Assembly: GCA_010093815.1 (NCBI GenBank)
Contig: ML996577.1
Direction: 5' to 3' (one strand)
Source: Pseudovirgaria hyperparasitica
Taxonomy: Eukaryota
DNA length: 64,000 nucleotides
The notes below the pieces were generated by a model, which searched no databases, had not been told where the DNA came from, and saw only the letters and a list, made by a program, of their open reading frames with translations. This document shows, piece by piece, positions 36,801-49,794 of this stretch. Position 1 is the first letter of the stretch; the number at the start of each line of letters is the position of its first letter. The position numbers were made by a program, and so were the translations under genes.

Positions 36801-37056
36801 CATTGTGGTGTCGTTTCCAGAGCACGAGGAGAGACGCCAGGGCGCGGACGATGACGACTCGCTCATTCAGCCGCTGCTTGACGTGCAGCAGCTCACGCCT
36901 TCGGGCATTGTGCGGCCGCATCCGATTCCGATGATTATGGTTGGCGGTGGCGAGGAGACGATGACGCGCTTTGGTAGGGCGCAGGGCGTGGGTGTGCGGC
37001 GGAGGTTTCATTATGCTAGCCAGGGACTGCGGATTGCGAATCTGGTTGTACTATAG
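33862..37056 (+). CDS. ER degradation-enhancing alpha-1,2-mannosidase-like protein (GH47, EDEM/Mnl1/Htm1) with C-terminal PA-like domain; 2 exons
   Basis: FYHGYDNYMRYAFPEDELRPLSC, LTLIDSLSTL, FETVIRGLGGLLSAH, GAGIDSFFEY, RPEFIESTWYLY, MESFFLGETAKYLFLLF, RRGGCSF. The first exon encodes a hydrophobic signal region; the exact start is uncertain. Confidence 0.93.
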
Positions 37057-37960
37057 GGCGGTTCGTGATGTGGATGGAGTATTGTATGGGGATGTTATAT
37101 GATTATAGAGCAATGAGTTATGTTGAGTAAGATTTTGAAACACAACGCTTGCAGATCGAGTGTAGGCTCTCAAGATACACAAAGGGAACATGCAAGGGAA
37201 GAGGTGTGTGACGTAGACCTCCCTACGGTGCGATCACAGATGATAGAAGACCATTGTGCTTGCTATCTGTCAATTCAGGGGGTGTATTGAGGAGCGTAAA
37301 CAGCCTACTCTTGGCAAATCGAGAACAACATACAGAGCCCGTTTTATCCATTCATGTACATGTCAAGTACCGACCGACAAGAAAAGTTCTCAATAGGACC
37401 TGACGCTCGACTATCTGTAAATGAATAAGATTATCCAACGTCAAAAATCAATTTACAATACTTCAGTGGGGGATCATGCGCATCCGCACTTCCAATTCGC
37501 ACAAACACACAAATGCTAAACATCCACTCCATACCTGTACCACACACTCTCCATCCACCCTTCCAGACAGACAATCTTCCTCCAAAGCCGCAAATCCAAT
37601 CTCCATTCCCACAACACACGACGTCGCAACATCAAGCTAAAATACCGCACACCCAGCGCACACTATCCCCCATCCAGCCTAGTCTCGCACCCCACCCTAC
37701 CCCACGCCCTAGGTAGAAAGCTTCTGTTGTTCAGGTTCTCCATAAGTGCACAAGCGACACGTCGGAAAAAGCGCCGATATCAAAACCGCATGTGTCCATT
37801 AAGACTGCAAGACATCACATCATACCACACATCACACCGAACTACGAACATCTAAACGGGCACGCTTAGCACGCGTCAGGACAGAATAGGATAGATCGTT
37901 AACTGTTCACGCAGCTATTCAAAGAGCAAGGCAAATCACTGACTGGGACGTAAAACCATA

Positions 37961-39352
37961 ATGGCGGCATCTACTACAGACGACACGAACGAAGACCCCC
38001 CAAACGACAACGACGCAGCCGCGACGTACGAGGCAGAACACGTGCACGCCGTGTACGAGGAGATAGCGGATCATTTCTCGTCGACGAGGTATAAGGTGTG
38101 CGTTTTGCCCCCTTGTTGGTTTTGATCCGTTCTGTTCTGTTCTGTTCTGTCTGTTCTTGTTCTTGTTCTGTTCTGTTCTGTTCTGTCCTATCATTCATTC
38201 ATTCATCCATCCATCCATCTATATCAATCCCACAACATCTCCCAATCCATCCCAAACACACCACACCACCACACACCACCACAAACCCACCTCCAAACCC
38301 ACCACTAACCCACCCCCCAGCCATGGCCCATAATATCCACCTTCCTCCGCGCCCTCCCCGCCGGCTCAATCGGCCTAGACATCGGCTGCGGCAACGGTAA
38401 ATACCTGCACCCCTCGCTCTTTGCACGTCCGTCTCCCTCCCCCCGGTCCTCTAATCCACCCTCTCAACCCCCTAATCCACCCTCTCAAACCCCCCCTGAA
38501 CCATCCCCAGCCCAACCCCTCCACCTCCAAAACCCAGGAATATACATCCTCGCCTCCGACCCCTCGCCCAACCTCGCACGCATTGCCGCCTCGCCTTCCA
38601 CACACCCGCATTCCACCCTCATTGCGTCCGCTCTCGCCCTGCCGCATCCGCCTGGTAGATTTGACTTTGCGATTTGTATTGCGGTGTTGCATCATTTGAG
38701 TACGCGGGAGAGGAGGGTTGGGGGGGTGAGGGGGGTGTTGGGGGTTTTGAGGGGTGGAAATCGTGGGGATGAAAGGGGTGGGGATGGGGAAGGGGAAGGG
38801 GATGGAGAGAAAGGGGATGGGAAAGGGGATGGGAAAGGGGATAAAAGGGGCAAAGCACTAATCTACGTCTGGGCCCTCGAGCAGCGGACCAGCAGGCGTG
38901 GCTGGGACACCGGGGACGCGCAGGACGTCATGGTGCCGTGGGTCGTCAAGGCCCCGAAGTCTCACAAAACGTCCAAACCATCCAAACAACCAGAACCGTC
39001 AAACCGCAAGAAGAACGGGACCGGGGTTCGAGATACGAAGGTCTTACAGGAAGAAGGTAAAGGAGAAGAAGAACAACCCCAAGAAAAAGGAGAAGAAAAA
39101 GGAGAAGAAAAAGGAGAAGAAAAAGGAGAAGAAAAAGGAGAAGAAAAAGGAGTCGAAACGGAACCCCAAGAACCCAAAGAAGAACGATCCCAAGAAGACA
39201 GAGTCTACAACCGCTACTACCACCTCTACGCGCGCGGCGAGCTCGAGGAAGACGTACGCAGCGCTGGCGGCGAGGTGCTGGACAGCGGCTACGAGCGGGA
39301 TAACTGGTGGGCGGTAGTGGCGCCGCGGCTCCGGGGCGGAGGGAGGAGCTGA
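37961..39352 (+). CDS. TRM9: tRNA wobble-uridine (mcm5U) methyltransferase Trm9; 2 exons
   Basis: YEAEHVHAVYEEIADHFSSTRYK, intron 38096-38320, then PWPII, GLDIGCGNGKY, FDFAICIAVLHHLST, LIYVWALEQ, QDVMVPW, RYYHLY..GELE, GYERDNWW. Confidence 0.92.
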
Positions 39353-39379
39353 TGTGTGGGACATGGGGCGGAGGAGGAG

Positions 39380-39490
39380 GGAGCTGGATGTGTGGGAGCT
39401 GGATTTGTGAGAGCTGGATTTGTGAGAGCTGGATTTGTGAGAGCTGGATTTGTGAGAGCTGGATTTGTGAGAGCTGGATGTGTGGGAGAG
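39380..39490. repeat. 15-bp tandem repeat (GAGCTGGATTTGTGA)n, about 7 copies
   Basis: Direct inspection immediately 3' of the TRM9 stop. Confidence 0.9.
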
Positions 39491-39561
39491 GAGTGGAGAA
39501 GACCAAAAGGGGAGAAGAATTGGAGAGGAACGAGGTGACAAAACGAGAGTACATATGTGCC

Positions 39562-39563
<2 letters not shown>

Positions 39564-39600
<37 letters not shown>

Positions 39601-39860
39601 CAAAAGATCCCACCCACCCATCCAACAATCCAATCCAGTCCAGTCCAGTCCAGTCCATTCCGGTCCAATCCAGCATAGCTACCACACACGCTCGACAACA
39701 GCGCTCCCAAACAAAGCCCCACCCCCTCTCCCCCCTCAAACCTAAACACGCCCTATCCAACACCCACATCCACATCCACATCCACATCCACACCCACACC
39801 CACATCCAACATCCACATCCAACATCCACATCCAACACCCACATCCAACATGCACATCCA
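39564..39860. repeat. Microsatellite cluster: (CA)n, (CCAGT)n, (CACATC)n
   Basis: Direct inspection. Confidence 0.9.
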
Positions 39861-40378
39861 ACACGCGCAGTCCACGCAAACAAAGCACCATACACCATAC
39901 ATATACATATCGTATGCATCTGTCATTTATATATATAGTGTATAGTATATATACTATATATAGCATAGCTCCACACATACACACACACACACAAACAAAA
40001 AAAAAAATCCCAAGCCACCAAAGCAAAAAAAAACCGGGCATGAATACAAAGAACAATGAAAAATTGACAAGCCCCCCCGCGTCGTAACCCCCCAAACCAA
40101 AATGCGCCGTCCGGTTCGGGTTGTTGGAAAGAGTTTTCAGTTTTCAGTTCAGCTCAGTTCAATTCAGCTCAAGTTCAGATTCAGATTCAGTTCAATTCAG
40201 TCCAGTTCAACGGAGTAAGGTAAACAAGTTAATGTATCGCAAGCCAGGTATGAAAAAAACGCCATGTGTTAAGGTAGGTAGGAGGAGGGTGGGAAAGAAA
40301 AAAAAACACAATGTTTTGAGTGTCTGTGTGTCTGTGTGTATGTTCTGTTCTGTTCTGTCTGCAGCTAAATAAACACAA

Positions 40379-41973
40379 TCACGCGCCGGCTCGCGCGCGC
40401 TCGCCCACCGTAGTAGTAGTGGCAGCGCTGGGCTGGTCGTTGTTCCACGTCAGATAAGTGTGGTCGCCGAGTTTCCTATTGCGCGTTTGTTAGTCTTCCG
40501 TCGCTTCAACCTTAAGACACTCTGGGCGCGGGCCTACCTTGGCTTGATGAGATGGGTGGCCGTGAAGACGGCCCCGAGCAGGATGCAGAGGCCGCCGACG
40601 ACGACGTAGGCGATGCCAAGGAACGGGTTCTTGCCGCCCATTACCGTTCTTGTCGATAGAAGGATTGACTTTGTCCCGCCGTATGTGGTCACGGGGAATA
40701 CTTCACCGAGTTAGCGATGCCGCATGACAAGACGTAGAGCCTGCTGCTTACCTGAGGCGATTTCGATGCGGTAGCGTCCCAGTTTCATGGCCTCGTTGTC
40801 GTTCCTCAGCGCAAGTTTGCTGAAGGCAGGTAGACCGGCAGTCCTCATCCAGACCTGGAACGCATAGTCGGTGTGTAGATTGGGCAGAGTCGAGTCGTTG
40901 TACCTCCCGTTCTCGTATCTCGGTTGCCAGTTCGGTGGCGGCACAACCTGATCGGCCTTGTATGCAGTGTCGCCGTATAGATCAGCATCGCTGCCCCATG
41001 CGATACCGTTCTCCGTCATGCCGTAGATGTTATTGTTATCATCCACCTTGTAAGGCTGATTAATCGTGTCGTTGAACAGAGAATTGGCAATCAGCCCGCA
41101 GGGATAGTACGCCGTCCCGTTGCCATCAGCCTTGAGCGGATCGCAGTCGCTGCCGCCAATGGTGCCGTTGTCGCGAAACTTGCCGTTAAGCTGGTCGACA
41201 TCGAGAGACGAAACGTATCGGCGATGGTTTTGGTAGAAGTTGGTCAGTCGATAGTACAGAAACACCGGTCCACCAATGTCATTCGGCACATAAAACTCCA
41301 GCACACACATAGGCGTGTTCTCAATCGCGCGCCCGCCCCTGGTAAGCGGGTACTGAAAGGTCTTGTTGTATCGTCCCCACGTAGAAGCCTGGCCACTGAC
41401 GAGCGCCGTCTTGAACGAACTCGAGGCCAGATTACTAGGGATATCGCTAAGCGCATTTGGGTCGTTTGGATTCGACGAGATGTCAGGTGCGTCTCGGACG
41501 CAATTCGAATAATCAATCGAAACCTCTTGAACCTGCGCCCAAACCTCGTCAGCACCAAACAGCATCACCACCAGTCCCATTCTCCTCCACTCACCGTCGA
41601 GCTCGCCCAGATCAGCAGGCCCCCAATAGGAGCAAATATGATGCCGACAATGAAGAAGAGTGGAAGAACGGTTTTGGGCGTCAGGATCGGTCTGCGGAGG
41701 CGTCATGTCAGCCACGTCGTCCCTTTTATCATTCTGCGACAAGGCCAGGATACAACATACTGCCATGCCTTCAACCTCTGCTGTCTAAACGCCGTATCTA
41801 CACCCCAAACAAGTCAATATCAATTCTTGCCCCGCAGCCCTAACAACAGCTGGCATCGTTCCCGTGAACATACTCGCTGGTCTCCGACTCTTCTCCTTCT
41901 TCTTCGGCTCGTCCGCCGCATCGGTCCTCCTGTCCGACGAATCGTCGCTGGGCTCATTCGCATTTCTAGCCAT
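40379..41973 (-). CDS. Cdc50/Lem3-family P4-ATPase flippase beta subunit; multi-exon
   Basis: Spliced [104 protein letters not shown]. Confidence 0.95.
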
Positions 41974-42831
41974 CCTGCACGACGGGTAAACACAGCGATA
42001 AAAGGTCCGCGGTTCGAAAGAGGTGGGGCGAGAAGGCAGAACGGTTTGGCGGATAGTTTTGGAATGTAGGGCGGATGATGGAAAGGAAGTAACCCCGTTA
42101 CAGTTGCGTAGCGGCTTCTGCCAAGCAGGGCGCCGTGAGGTTATGGCGCCTCAGGCATCCACGCACGCCCGCACGGCTCAGCACCGACACGCACACCAGT
42201 TCAGCACAGCGTCAGGGTCTCAAGCGCCAAATATAGATGTGGCTGAGGCATCACGGACGGAATCGTCGGAATACTAACGCCCTCCGGCGCCGACCTCACT
42301 CTATGGGTTGCTTATCAATACCAACAGATGCTATGCTTCAGACAGTATCAGCGAATCTCGCTCCGACATCGTCACTATTTCACAAAAGTCACTGCACAGA
42401 AAAGTAGGCACAAAAGCGACTGTGGTCAGAGTTGGTGAATAATGATTCTTCTATCTAAGCTCACTGGCTCTTTATGAACCACGGCTCTGGCGCGGCAACG
42501 ATACACGTTGCCACACGCAATGTCAACTCTGACGAGGTTGAAATGATCCCAAACCGTGACTCCAATGTCCTAAACCCAAGGACGAGGACGTATCCTATGC
42601 AGCAATATTGCAAGACCAAGACATATATGCAAGTCTGATGGAGGGGGGTATCAAAAACAATAACTGTGTGCTACATGCTGTGTGTTGAAAAAATGGGGGG
42701 CAAGGACTGCAAGTCCACCCGTGGCGAGCCCACCAAAGTACTCCTAAACAGAAAGACAAAAAAGAACGAAACAGCTTGACATGCACCAGGCATGCAGGGG
42801 AGCATGCGACCAACAACGATGAAGATACAGT

Positions 42832-43962
42832 CTAGCGGAGGTATTGCGTAAAGTTCTCCTTGGCGAACCATCCGGCCTTGTCAAAGTCGTCCCAGAGCCT
42901 GCTTGCTTTGTTGACGTCGATCTTGCATGCACCCTGAGCATGCGTCTTCTTGAAGTCCTGGCCCTTCTTCAGCCATTCGACCTTGGCAATGAAGATCCGT
43001 CGCTTCTGCGTCAGGTACTGTGCGCATGTGAGGCGATGGTACGCGGCCAGATGCTGCTCAGCCGGTGGCAGCAGATGCCGATCCGGGTCATCAAGGTCCG
43101 GCTGGTTGATCGGGGCTTTAAATTTGTCCCTGGCATCGGCTGTCTTGGTCATGATTAATGGATCGTCGTAGAACCGGCGATCGGGCCGTGGAGCAAAGTC
43201 GGGGAAGGCGTCGAATCTGTTGTCGTTGATCTTCGTGGTCGTCTTCCTCGGGGCTGGTGTCGGTTTTGTAACGCCGGCAGGGGCCTTGCGTTCTTTCAAG
43301 ACTGGCTGGGGCTTTGTGGCGGGCTTCGTGACCCTTGCTCTGCGCGGCATGGCGACAGCAATCTTCTTCGACTTGGGTGCGGACGACGTTGCCGGGAGGA
43401 GGGTCTTCAAGGCTGGGCGCTTTGTGAGGCTGTGGTAGGTATAGCGCTTGTTGATTTCCCTCTCTTGGGCTCTCCAGCCTTGCTGGTCTGCGAGGAAATT
43501 TCTGGTGACGACTTGCTTGAAGAACATTGCGGTCGCCTCCGCCAACACCTTGTACTCATCGCGAGTTGGGCGAGCAGACTCGGGGACGTGCGTCGTGTTG
43601 GCAATGTGCTGGGAGATTTGACTCTCGACACGCGCCGACTCGGAATCGCTCGAGTCGAACAGAGGAAGACGCGAAGCACTGTTATCAACATAGACATCGT
43701 TGTCAAACAGCAATGGATCCCGCTGTGACTGGCTGTCTCTTTGTAGTTCAACAGTGATGTCTTTCTTGCTGACCTCGTAAGGAGAGATTGGGGGCGACAC
43801 ATATGTGGTGGTGGATGTTCTGGAGGCAAAAGGATTCTTTGAAGAGCTCTTTCGCACAGGCTCTTGGAAAGAGTCGACCTTTATCATCTCTGGTGGCGAT
43901 AGGAGCATGTTTACAGACATGGCTGTCGATTTCGGGGTTCGTGGTGTCGGAGAAGGATTCAT
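42832..43962 (-). CDS. SWIRM-domain protein (Fun19/YOR338W-like)
   Basis: C-terminal DPDRHLL..AE..LA....LTC.QYL..KRRIF...F.KT.AQ.ACKIDVNKASRLW..F.KAGWF and N-terminal LLSPPE and SPPISP motifs. The start could lie at 44049, 43962 or 43920. Confidence 0.85.
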   Translation of the reverse strand: MNPSPTPRTPKSTAMSVNMLLSPPEMIKVDSFQEPVRKSSSKNPFASRTSTTTYVSPPISPYEVSKKDITVELQRDSQSQRDPLLFDNDVYVDNSASRLPLFDSSDSESARVESQISQHIANTTHVPESARPTRDEYKVLAEATAMFFKQVVTRNFLADQQGWRAQEREINKRYTYHSLTKRPALKTLLPATSSAPKSKKIAVAMPRRARVTKPATKPQPVLKERKAPAGVTKPTPAPRKTTTKINDNRFDAFPDFAPRPDRRFYDDPLIMTKTADARDKFKAPINQPDLDDPDRHLLPPAEQHLAAYHRLTCAQYLTQKRRIFIAKVEWLKKGQDFKKTHAQGACKIDVNKASRLWDDFDKAGWFAKENFTQYLR

Positions 43963-45727
43963 AGTGGAAGTTGGTATGGGCGGACGAAAGGCAGAAAGAA
44001 TAATATGGGCGGAAGCGGTATTTAAGTAATTGACTGGTCCTTGGACCATACGTAAGAGTGTGAAGAGAGCCGGTCCGGAGTTAAGAAGACTGTTGTGGAG
44101 TGTGAAAGCGATATGTGGCGAATATAGCGAAGATGTATATGTCAGCGATTGAGTGCTCTGACTCCTCGCAGGCCTTTTTATAACAATTGTGAAGATCCTT
44201 CAGCGCGTGGGACAATTTAAAAGTGTGTATGCTGGCGGACAGATACGTGGTTGACTTGGTCAATGGGCTACCAGGTGGCAGTCACAATGCTCTCTGCCAA
44301 TTGGAAGGCACGGGGTGTTAGGTAGCAGCTGCCTTGGTAGGCAGAGGAAATTGAAGGAGGAGCGACAAGGATGACGACAAGCCGTTGCAAAAGCAAGTTA
44401 TGGCCAGATTGCGTGGAAGCAAGTTCTAGAGGCGACAGCAATGGAGGGAATTGAAGGGGGGGCGGTGGAGTGGTTATATGGCAAGCTTAGAGAGAGAGAG
44501 AGAGGGCTGTGTTATGGAGGGGAGCAGGCTGCAGCAGAGAAATGAGGTGGGAGGCGGATGACTGGTTTCATACCATCATATATCAATCAGGCGGTCCATT
44601 GAGAGACAAAGAAGGCGGCAGCAGACCTTGTGTGAACTGGCACGCACAAGCAGAGGCACCCACACCTTTCAGTAGCAGCCCACCTACTTTAACCATGGGC
44701 CATGCCATCCATGGGACCATGACCGTTCGCGCACCACACCCCCCCTCCCCTATCCAAACTCCAGCCTTCCAACCGTTCAAGGGAGAAGGATGAGGAAGAG
44801 GAAGAAGATGGGAGAGAGAGGATGAGGGACAGGAGGGAGCAGGCAGCGCGCCATGCGGACGGCGGCTGCAAGGCGAAGCAGAGCACAAAGGCGTGAAATA
44901 GATTACGCGCGCTCATGGCGGCCTAGAGGAGGCGAGGAATGGGCACGAAGAGTGCATGGATTGGCAAATGGCATTCATTGTGGCCAAACAAAGCAAAGTT
45001 GCGAGGAGCTGACGAATTGACAAATGAGAAGGCGTTGGAATGGCGGAGAAGAAAGATGCAGTAAGCTGGAGCGAGTGAGAGAGAGAGTGAGTAAGACAGT
45101 GAGAGAGAGAGATAGAGTGGAAGTGAAAGTGAGAGGAAGCGAGGGGGCTTGGAGTGGGCGGCGCGATCAGAGCCAAGGAATATGTCGGATAGGGAGCGGC
45201 GAGTAGATGGATTAGGCATAGACTCACTACCTATACTGTAAGTCTGTAGCTATAACGATTAATTACTGTTCCCCGGAGCAAGGGGAGCGGCGGCGTTAAA
45301 AGGACAAAGCGATAAGGAACAGGGAAAAATAAGAGGGAAGTGGAAGCAGGGAGCAGGGAGCAGGAGCAGGGATTAAGGAGCAGGGAATAAGGCAGTTGAC
45401 AGGGAACAAGAACCAAGGGTCCATCGTCCGCCTGTCCGTGTCCGCGATGCTGACTGACGGTCACGCGTATTGATATAACACTTCTTATTGGCCAATCCAA
45501 AGCTTACTATCCAGCTTTAACCTGATACCGTACAGTGGCACACCGGTAGAACAAGTCCGTAATCTATATTGCTATTACCGATGCATGCGGCAACAAATGC
45601 ATGCCATGATGAGAATAGGAATGCTTGCATGCCGAATGTTTGCGGAGACACATAATCACACTGACAATCACATTCATACTCAGTCACAGGAATGCTGGAA
45701 CGCTGTGCATTCTCGGACGCGAGCACG

Positions 45728-45820
45728 CTCATTCAGTCATTCATTCAATCATCCACTCAATCATTCATTCATTCATTCATTCATTCATTCATTCATTCAT
45801 TCATTCATTCATTCATTCAT
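45728..45820. repeat. (TCAT)n microsatellite
   Basis: Direct inspection. Confidence 0.95.
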
Positions 45821-47578
45821 GCCTTTCAATTGCCAACTAATTATCCGCACACCGGTCACCACAGCGTAGGTGGTGAGTGATTGGCAATTCTGTACACACT
45901 ATGCACTAGGCAGCCGGGCATTCGTGTCATTGTTTAGTGACTCAGACGTGCGGATCGGGCACCGGGGGCCTCGTAATCCTGGACTGTGGAAGCCACGTAC
46001 CAAAGCTAAACAGCTAAAGCCCCCTAATTACGTCCCTTGACTGTGTATGTGTGTGTGTGTGCTTCATTCTTTTTCGGCCGGCTGCAATTCACCCTTCATT
46101 TCATTGCCTCTTTCTATCCATGCCATGCTTTTCCATTCCATTGAACGACGACGCTGCATCTTCAGCGCCCGGTCATGGAGTCGAGCTACGCGGCAGCCCA
46201 TCAATTGCTGCCCTGCGACATTTTCAATTCCACTCGCCGCGTTGGCCGCTCTCAATTCGCCCAAGGCAGACAGCGCTCGACGACGGTCAAGTAGTATCAG
46301 GGCGGGCAGGTAAACTTTACACGTGTCGCTAGCAGGCCCAAGTACGCCGCCCCTACAGTGCTAGAAACCTTGTACCCCAGCCAAGTAAGGCATCAACATT
46401 GGCCTGTCTGATTCGCCTGCTGCTCTCACCGGCGAAGCGCCATTCGCAATGCTGCTGTGTGTATACGACATCGCGTCGAGCAACCATAGGGGGGGCTCAT
46501 TGCGGGCGCAATTGCTCTATTTCCGGCTTATGTTGATGAGAATGATGATGATTATGATGATTGTGATTCTAGACATGATCATCTGAACCCCCTACTCATC
46601 ATCATCATCATCGTCAGGATTCAGATGATTGAGCCGTGGCGGAGTTTGCGCGTAGGCTGCTTCCGTCATACATGCTGGATTCGGGGTTACGCGTTCTCGT
46701 CCGTGGAACCAGCTAGCATCAAGATGACAATTGACAGTCTTCCAACAGAACTGCATGCTCTCAATTGGGCCCTGCCGTCTCAAGCAACGATACTCTCGCC
46801 ACCTCTACACGCAGCATTGAGAGCTGCAACATTCCGGCAGCGCTCCATATCCATCTCCATTTCCGTATCAGGGAAGCACCGAGATAGGCCAATGGCATCC
46901 TCTCGACACTATATCCGTCACCAGACGTCAGCCAACAGCCAAACAATGTACCGCAGTACTGTACTTGGTTGTAGATGATGCCACCCTCGATATGCTATTG
47001 GACCGCTGCCAGCTGCTGTTCGATCAAGACACCGCCCCATGCACGGCGTGCACCGTGGTCCGATGACTCTGCGAACAGGTCTCGCGGTCGAGGAAGAAAG
47101 CATGTGAAAGATTGAAAGGGTGGTGAGTGTCTCAGGTGAGGCATAGATACCTCCTCCTTCCATTATGGGCGTGTATAGCTGTATACAGCCAGTCCAAGTT
47201 CCCCCCACTCGCTCAATTGGCGACGTGGGGTTTGGGTGTGTGGCACGCGGCCTCCCCAAGGCTGGCGGCTGCTCACAAGACCACGGCTTCGCACACGCCA
47301 TTGAAGTCAGTGATCATGCTGAGATGTGTCTGATTGGTCAATGCAACAGTGTAGTGTGTGGTTTAGCGAGCGAGAGGGTGTGGTGAGAAGGAGGAAGAGG
47401 AGGAGGAGGAGTATCAGTAGTAGTAACCACAATCACAATCAGATGGACAGTATCGGGTATCATCAGGGCGGTCGAGAATGTGGTCCGGTACGTCGGGGCA
47501 GGCCGGGCGCGTGCGTAAGGAGGAGCAGGAGGGATTGATGCACATCGCGGGGCGTCTAAAGCAGTTCTAAACAGCCCC

Positions 47579-47628
47579 AAAGACCCCCCTAAGACCCCCC
47601 TAAGACCCCCTAAGACCCCCCCAAAGAC
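47579..47628. repeat. (AAGACCCCCCT)-like tandem repeat, about 4 copies; G-quadruplex-capable on the minus strand
   Basis: agacccccctaagacccccctaagaccccctaagaccccccc. Confidence 0.8.
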
Positions 47629-48924
47629 AGTCAAGTTGCAGGCAGTGACCCAGCCAAGCGTTGAAGCCTATCGCGCCCGAATGTGGAGGATAAGCTTACC
47701 CCGCCGCTTATCGCTTTCCACCACCACCACAAGCACGCCGAAACACTGCCCATGTCCGCCCGGCCCAGGTCTGCCATTGTCATCTGATGCTGCCGGCGAC
47801 GACTCGATCAATCGCTCTAGACTGCCACTATCGCAGAATCAACAGCCCTCTTCTCACAATTGTTATCACATCCTTGGGACGCTCAATTGCACAGAGTAGC
47901 GACAGAGAGAGCCGTATTGTCGATAGGCCAGTCGCGGCTTATGCTAATTAGACGCCTGCCCCCGCTGCATATCCCATACATGGGCTGCAAATGCGGAACC
48001 GGGAGAGCCGGGCCTTGGCCTCGCCCTTGCTTAGGGTGCCTTTTGGCTTTATGCCCTTGCACCATGCATGACAACGATCCAGCCATCCATTCACTCTCAG
48101 GGACCTTCAGCGGAGCCAGGGAGCCAGGGAGTCAGGGCGGGCCGTCACTCTGAAAGCCGGGCGATCCACTGCATCCAGATCGCGTGGCATGCCTGGGACA
48201 AAAGGACCCTGTTTTGCCAACTCTTTGACTTGCTCCTCCACTCTGCCTCCACTATACTCATGCCATTCCAGTGTTGCTGCTACGCCGTGGCACGATGCCT
48301 CACTCTTGCATGTTGACCACCTGTTGTGTGCACAATCTTGCTTCCCATTGCGTGCTTGGCCCTATGCTGGTCTGAAAGCAGAAAACGGTTGGACGACGAT
48401 AGTTCGTGCTCCACTCCAGGAAGTGCTATCCGATGAGGCCATACCTCTGCGTCTCAGCCTGAGACGAACCCCTGAGACTATCCATACATACCGGCAACCG
48501 GACTGCGATACGGGCTGTTGTAGAATGCAAGTAAGCTCTGCAAGACCAGCAGCCTGGTCCTCGGTCTCCCGTCTCGAGACAGTCCTCCATCAGGTAGGTC
48601 CTAGCAAGAATTAATAACTCACAGACGTAGAGGCAGTAATCACAATTGCCAATGTCCAAACTGCAGAAGACATTGGTACACGCGCACTGACCCTGCTTGG
48701 CTGCATCGTGAAGCCGTGATTTCTCCATCCTACATACAGCTTGTCAAAATCCCATCAGAAATTCCCACCGGAGCGGATCAAACTGCCCACCGACCAGACC
48801 AGAGACCCCTCCTCACCTAAACACCATCACGAACAAAACACTCCTCTCCATAATCCATACAACCACAACCACAACCACAACACACAACAAACTCCACCAC
48901 ACACCTCACAATGCACCTCCAAAA

Positions 48925-49794
48925 ATGCCCTCACCACCACCCACACCCCTCCCCCAACCACGCCCCTTCCTAAGATCCCTCCTCTCCTCCATCCAACAAC
49001 CCACCACAACCCCAAACACCACCACCACCACCACATCAACAACAACAACAGCAAACCCCCTCCTCCCCCTCCACACCAACCTCAGAACCCCCCTCCTAAC
49101 CCTCCACATCCTCTTCCCCAACGAACTCCTCCCCGCCCTCGACCTCCTCGACCGCGGCCTCGTCTCGCGAGTGCTCGTTTATCGCGGGCGTGGACACGAG
49201 TCCGAAGACAAAGACAACGACAACGACAAAAAACACGGGGAGGCAGATGGCAACGGAGACGGAGACGGAGACGGAGACGAAGAAAGCAGCGAGAAGAATG
49301 GACAGAGCGACGCAGTAATAACAACATATTTCCACGTGCGCTCTGCTGCCACTGCTACTACTACGCACCGCTCGTCGCGGCACTACGGCCAGAACAACGG
49401 CCAGCAACAACAGCAAGAAGCCCAAATCTACCGCGTCCGCACCGACGCGTGGAACTGCGACTGTGCTGCCTTTGCGTTTGCCGCGTTTCCTGCTGTTGTG
49501 GACACGGCGGGGACACACACAGACACAGACACCGAGGCACACACGGACACTCACTCAGAAAGAACACAAGGGACACAAACAGAAACAGAGGCAGACACAG
49601 AAGGACAAGGAGTCGAGACCTGGCAATGGGGCGGGCGCACACTTGGCCGTGGCAGTGCGCCCGTGTGTAAGCATCTGCTTGCCTGTGTGCTGGCGTCGCG
49701 GTGTGTGTTGTTTGCGGGCTTGGTGGAGGAGAGGAGGGTTGGGTTGTGGGAGGGTGTTGGGTGGGCTTCTGGTGCGGCTGGGTTGGGGATTTGA
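48925..49794 (+). CDS. SWIM zinc-finger protein, probable Sws1/ZSWIM7 (Shu complex) homologue
   Basis: LLTLHILFPNELLPALDLLDRGLV and a SWIM CxC..CxH signature: AWNCDCAAFAFAAF ... PVCKHLLACVLA. Confidence 0.75.
   Translation: MPSPPPTPLPQPRPFLRSLLSSIQQPTTTPNTTTTTTSTTTTANPLLPLHTNLRTPLLTLHILFPNELLPALDLLDRGLVSRVLVYRGRGHESEDKDNDNDKKHGEADGNGDGDGDGDEESSEKNGQSDAVITTYFHVRSAATATTTHRSSRHYGQNNGQQQQQEAQIYRVRTDAWNCDCAAFAFAAFPAVVDTAGTHTDTDTEAHTDTHSERTQGTQTETEADTEGQGVETWQWGGRTLGRGSAPVCKHLLACVLASRCVLFAGLVEERRVGLWEGVGWASGAAGLGI

Noticed and set aside
38946..39938. Several long ORFs with SHKSS, CVCV, WMWM and WICES repeats
   Set aside because: Translations of microsatellites that lack stop codons.
41224..42069. 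281-aa plus-strand ORF
   Set aside because: Antisense to CDC50 exons with no recognisable domain.
48741..49670. 309-aa His/Pro/Arg-rich ORF
   Set aside because: Alternative frame over the low-complexity SWIM gene; the 48925 frame has the conserved motifs.
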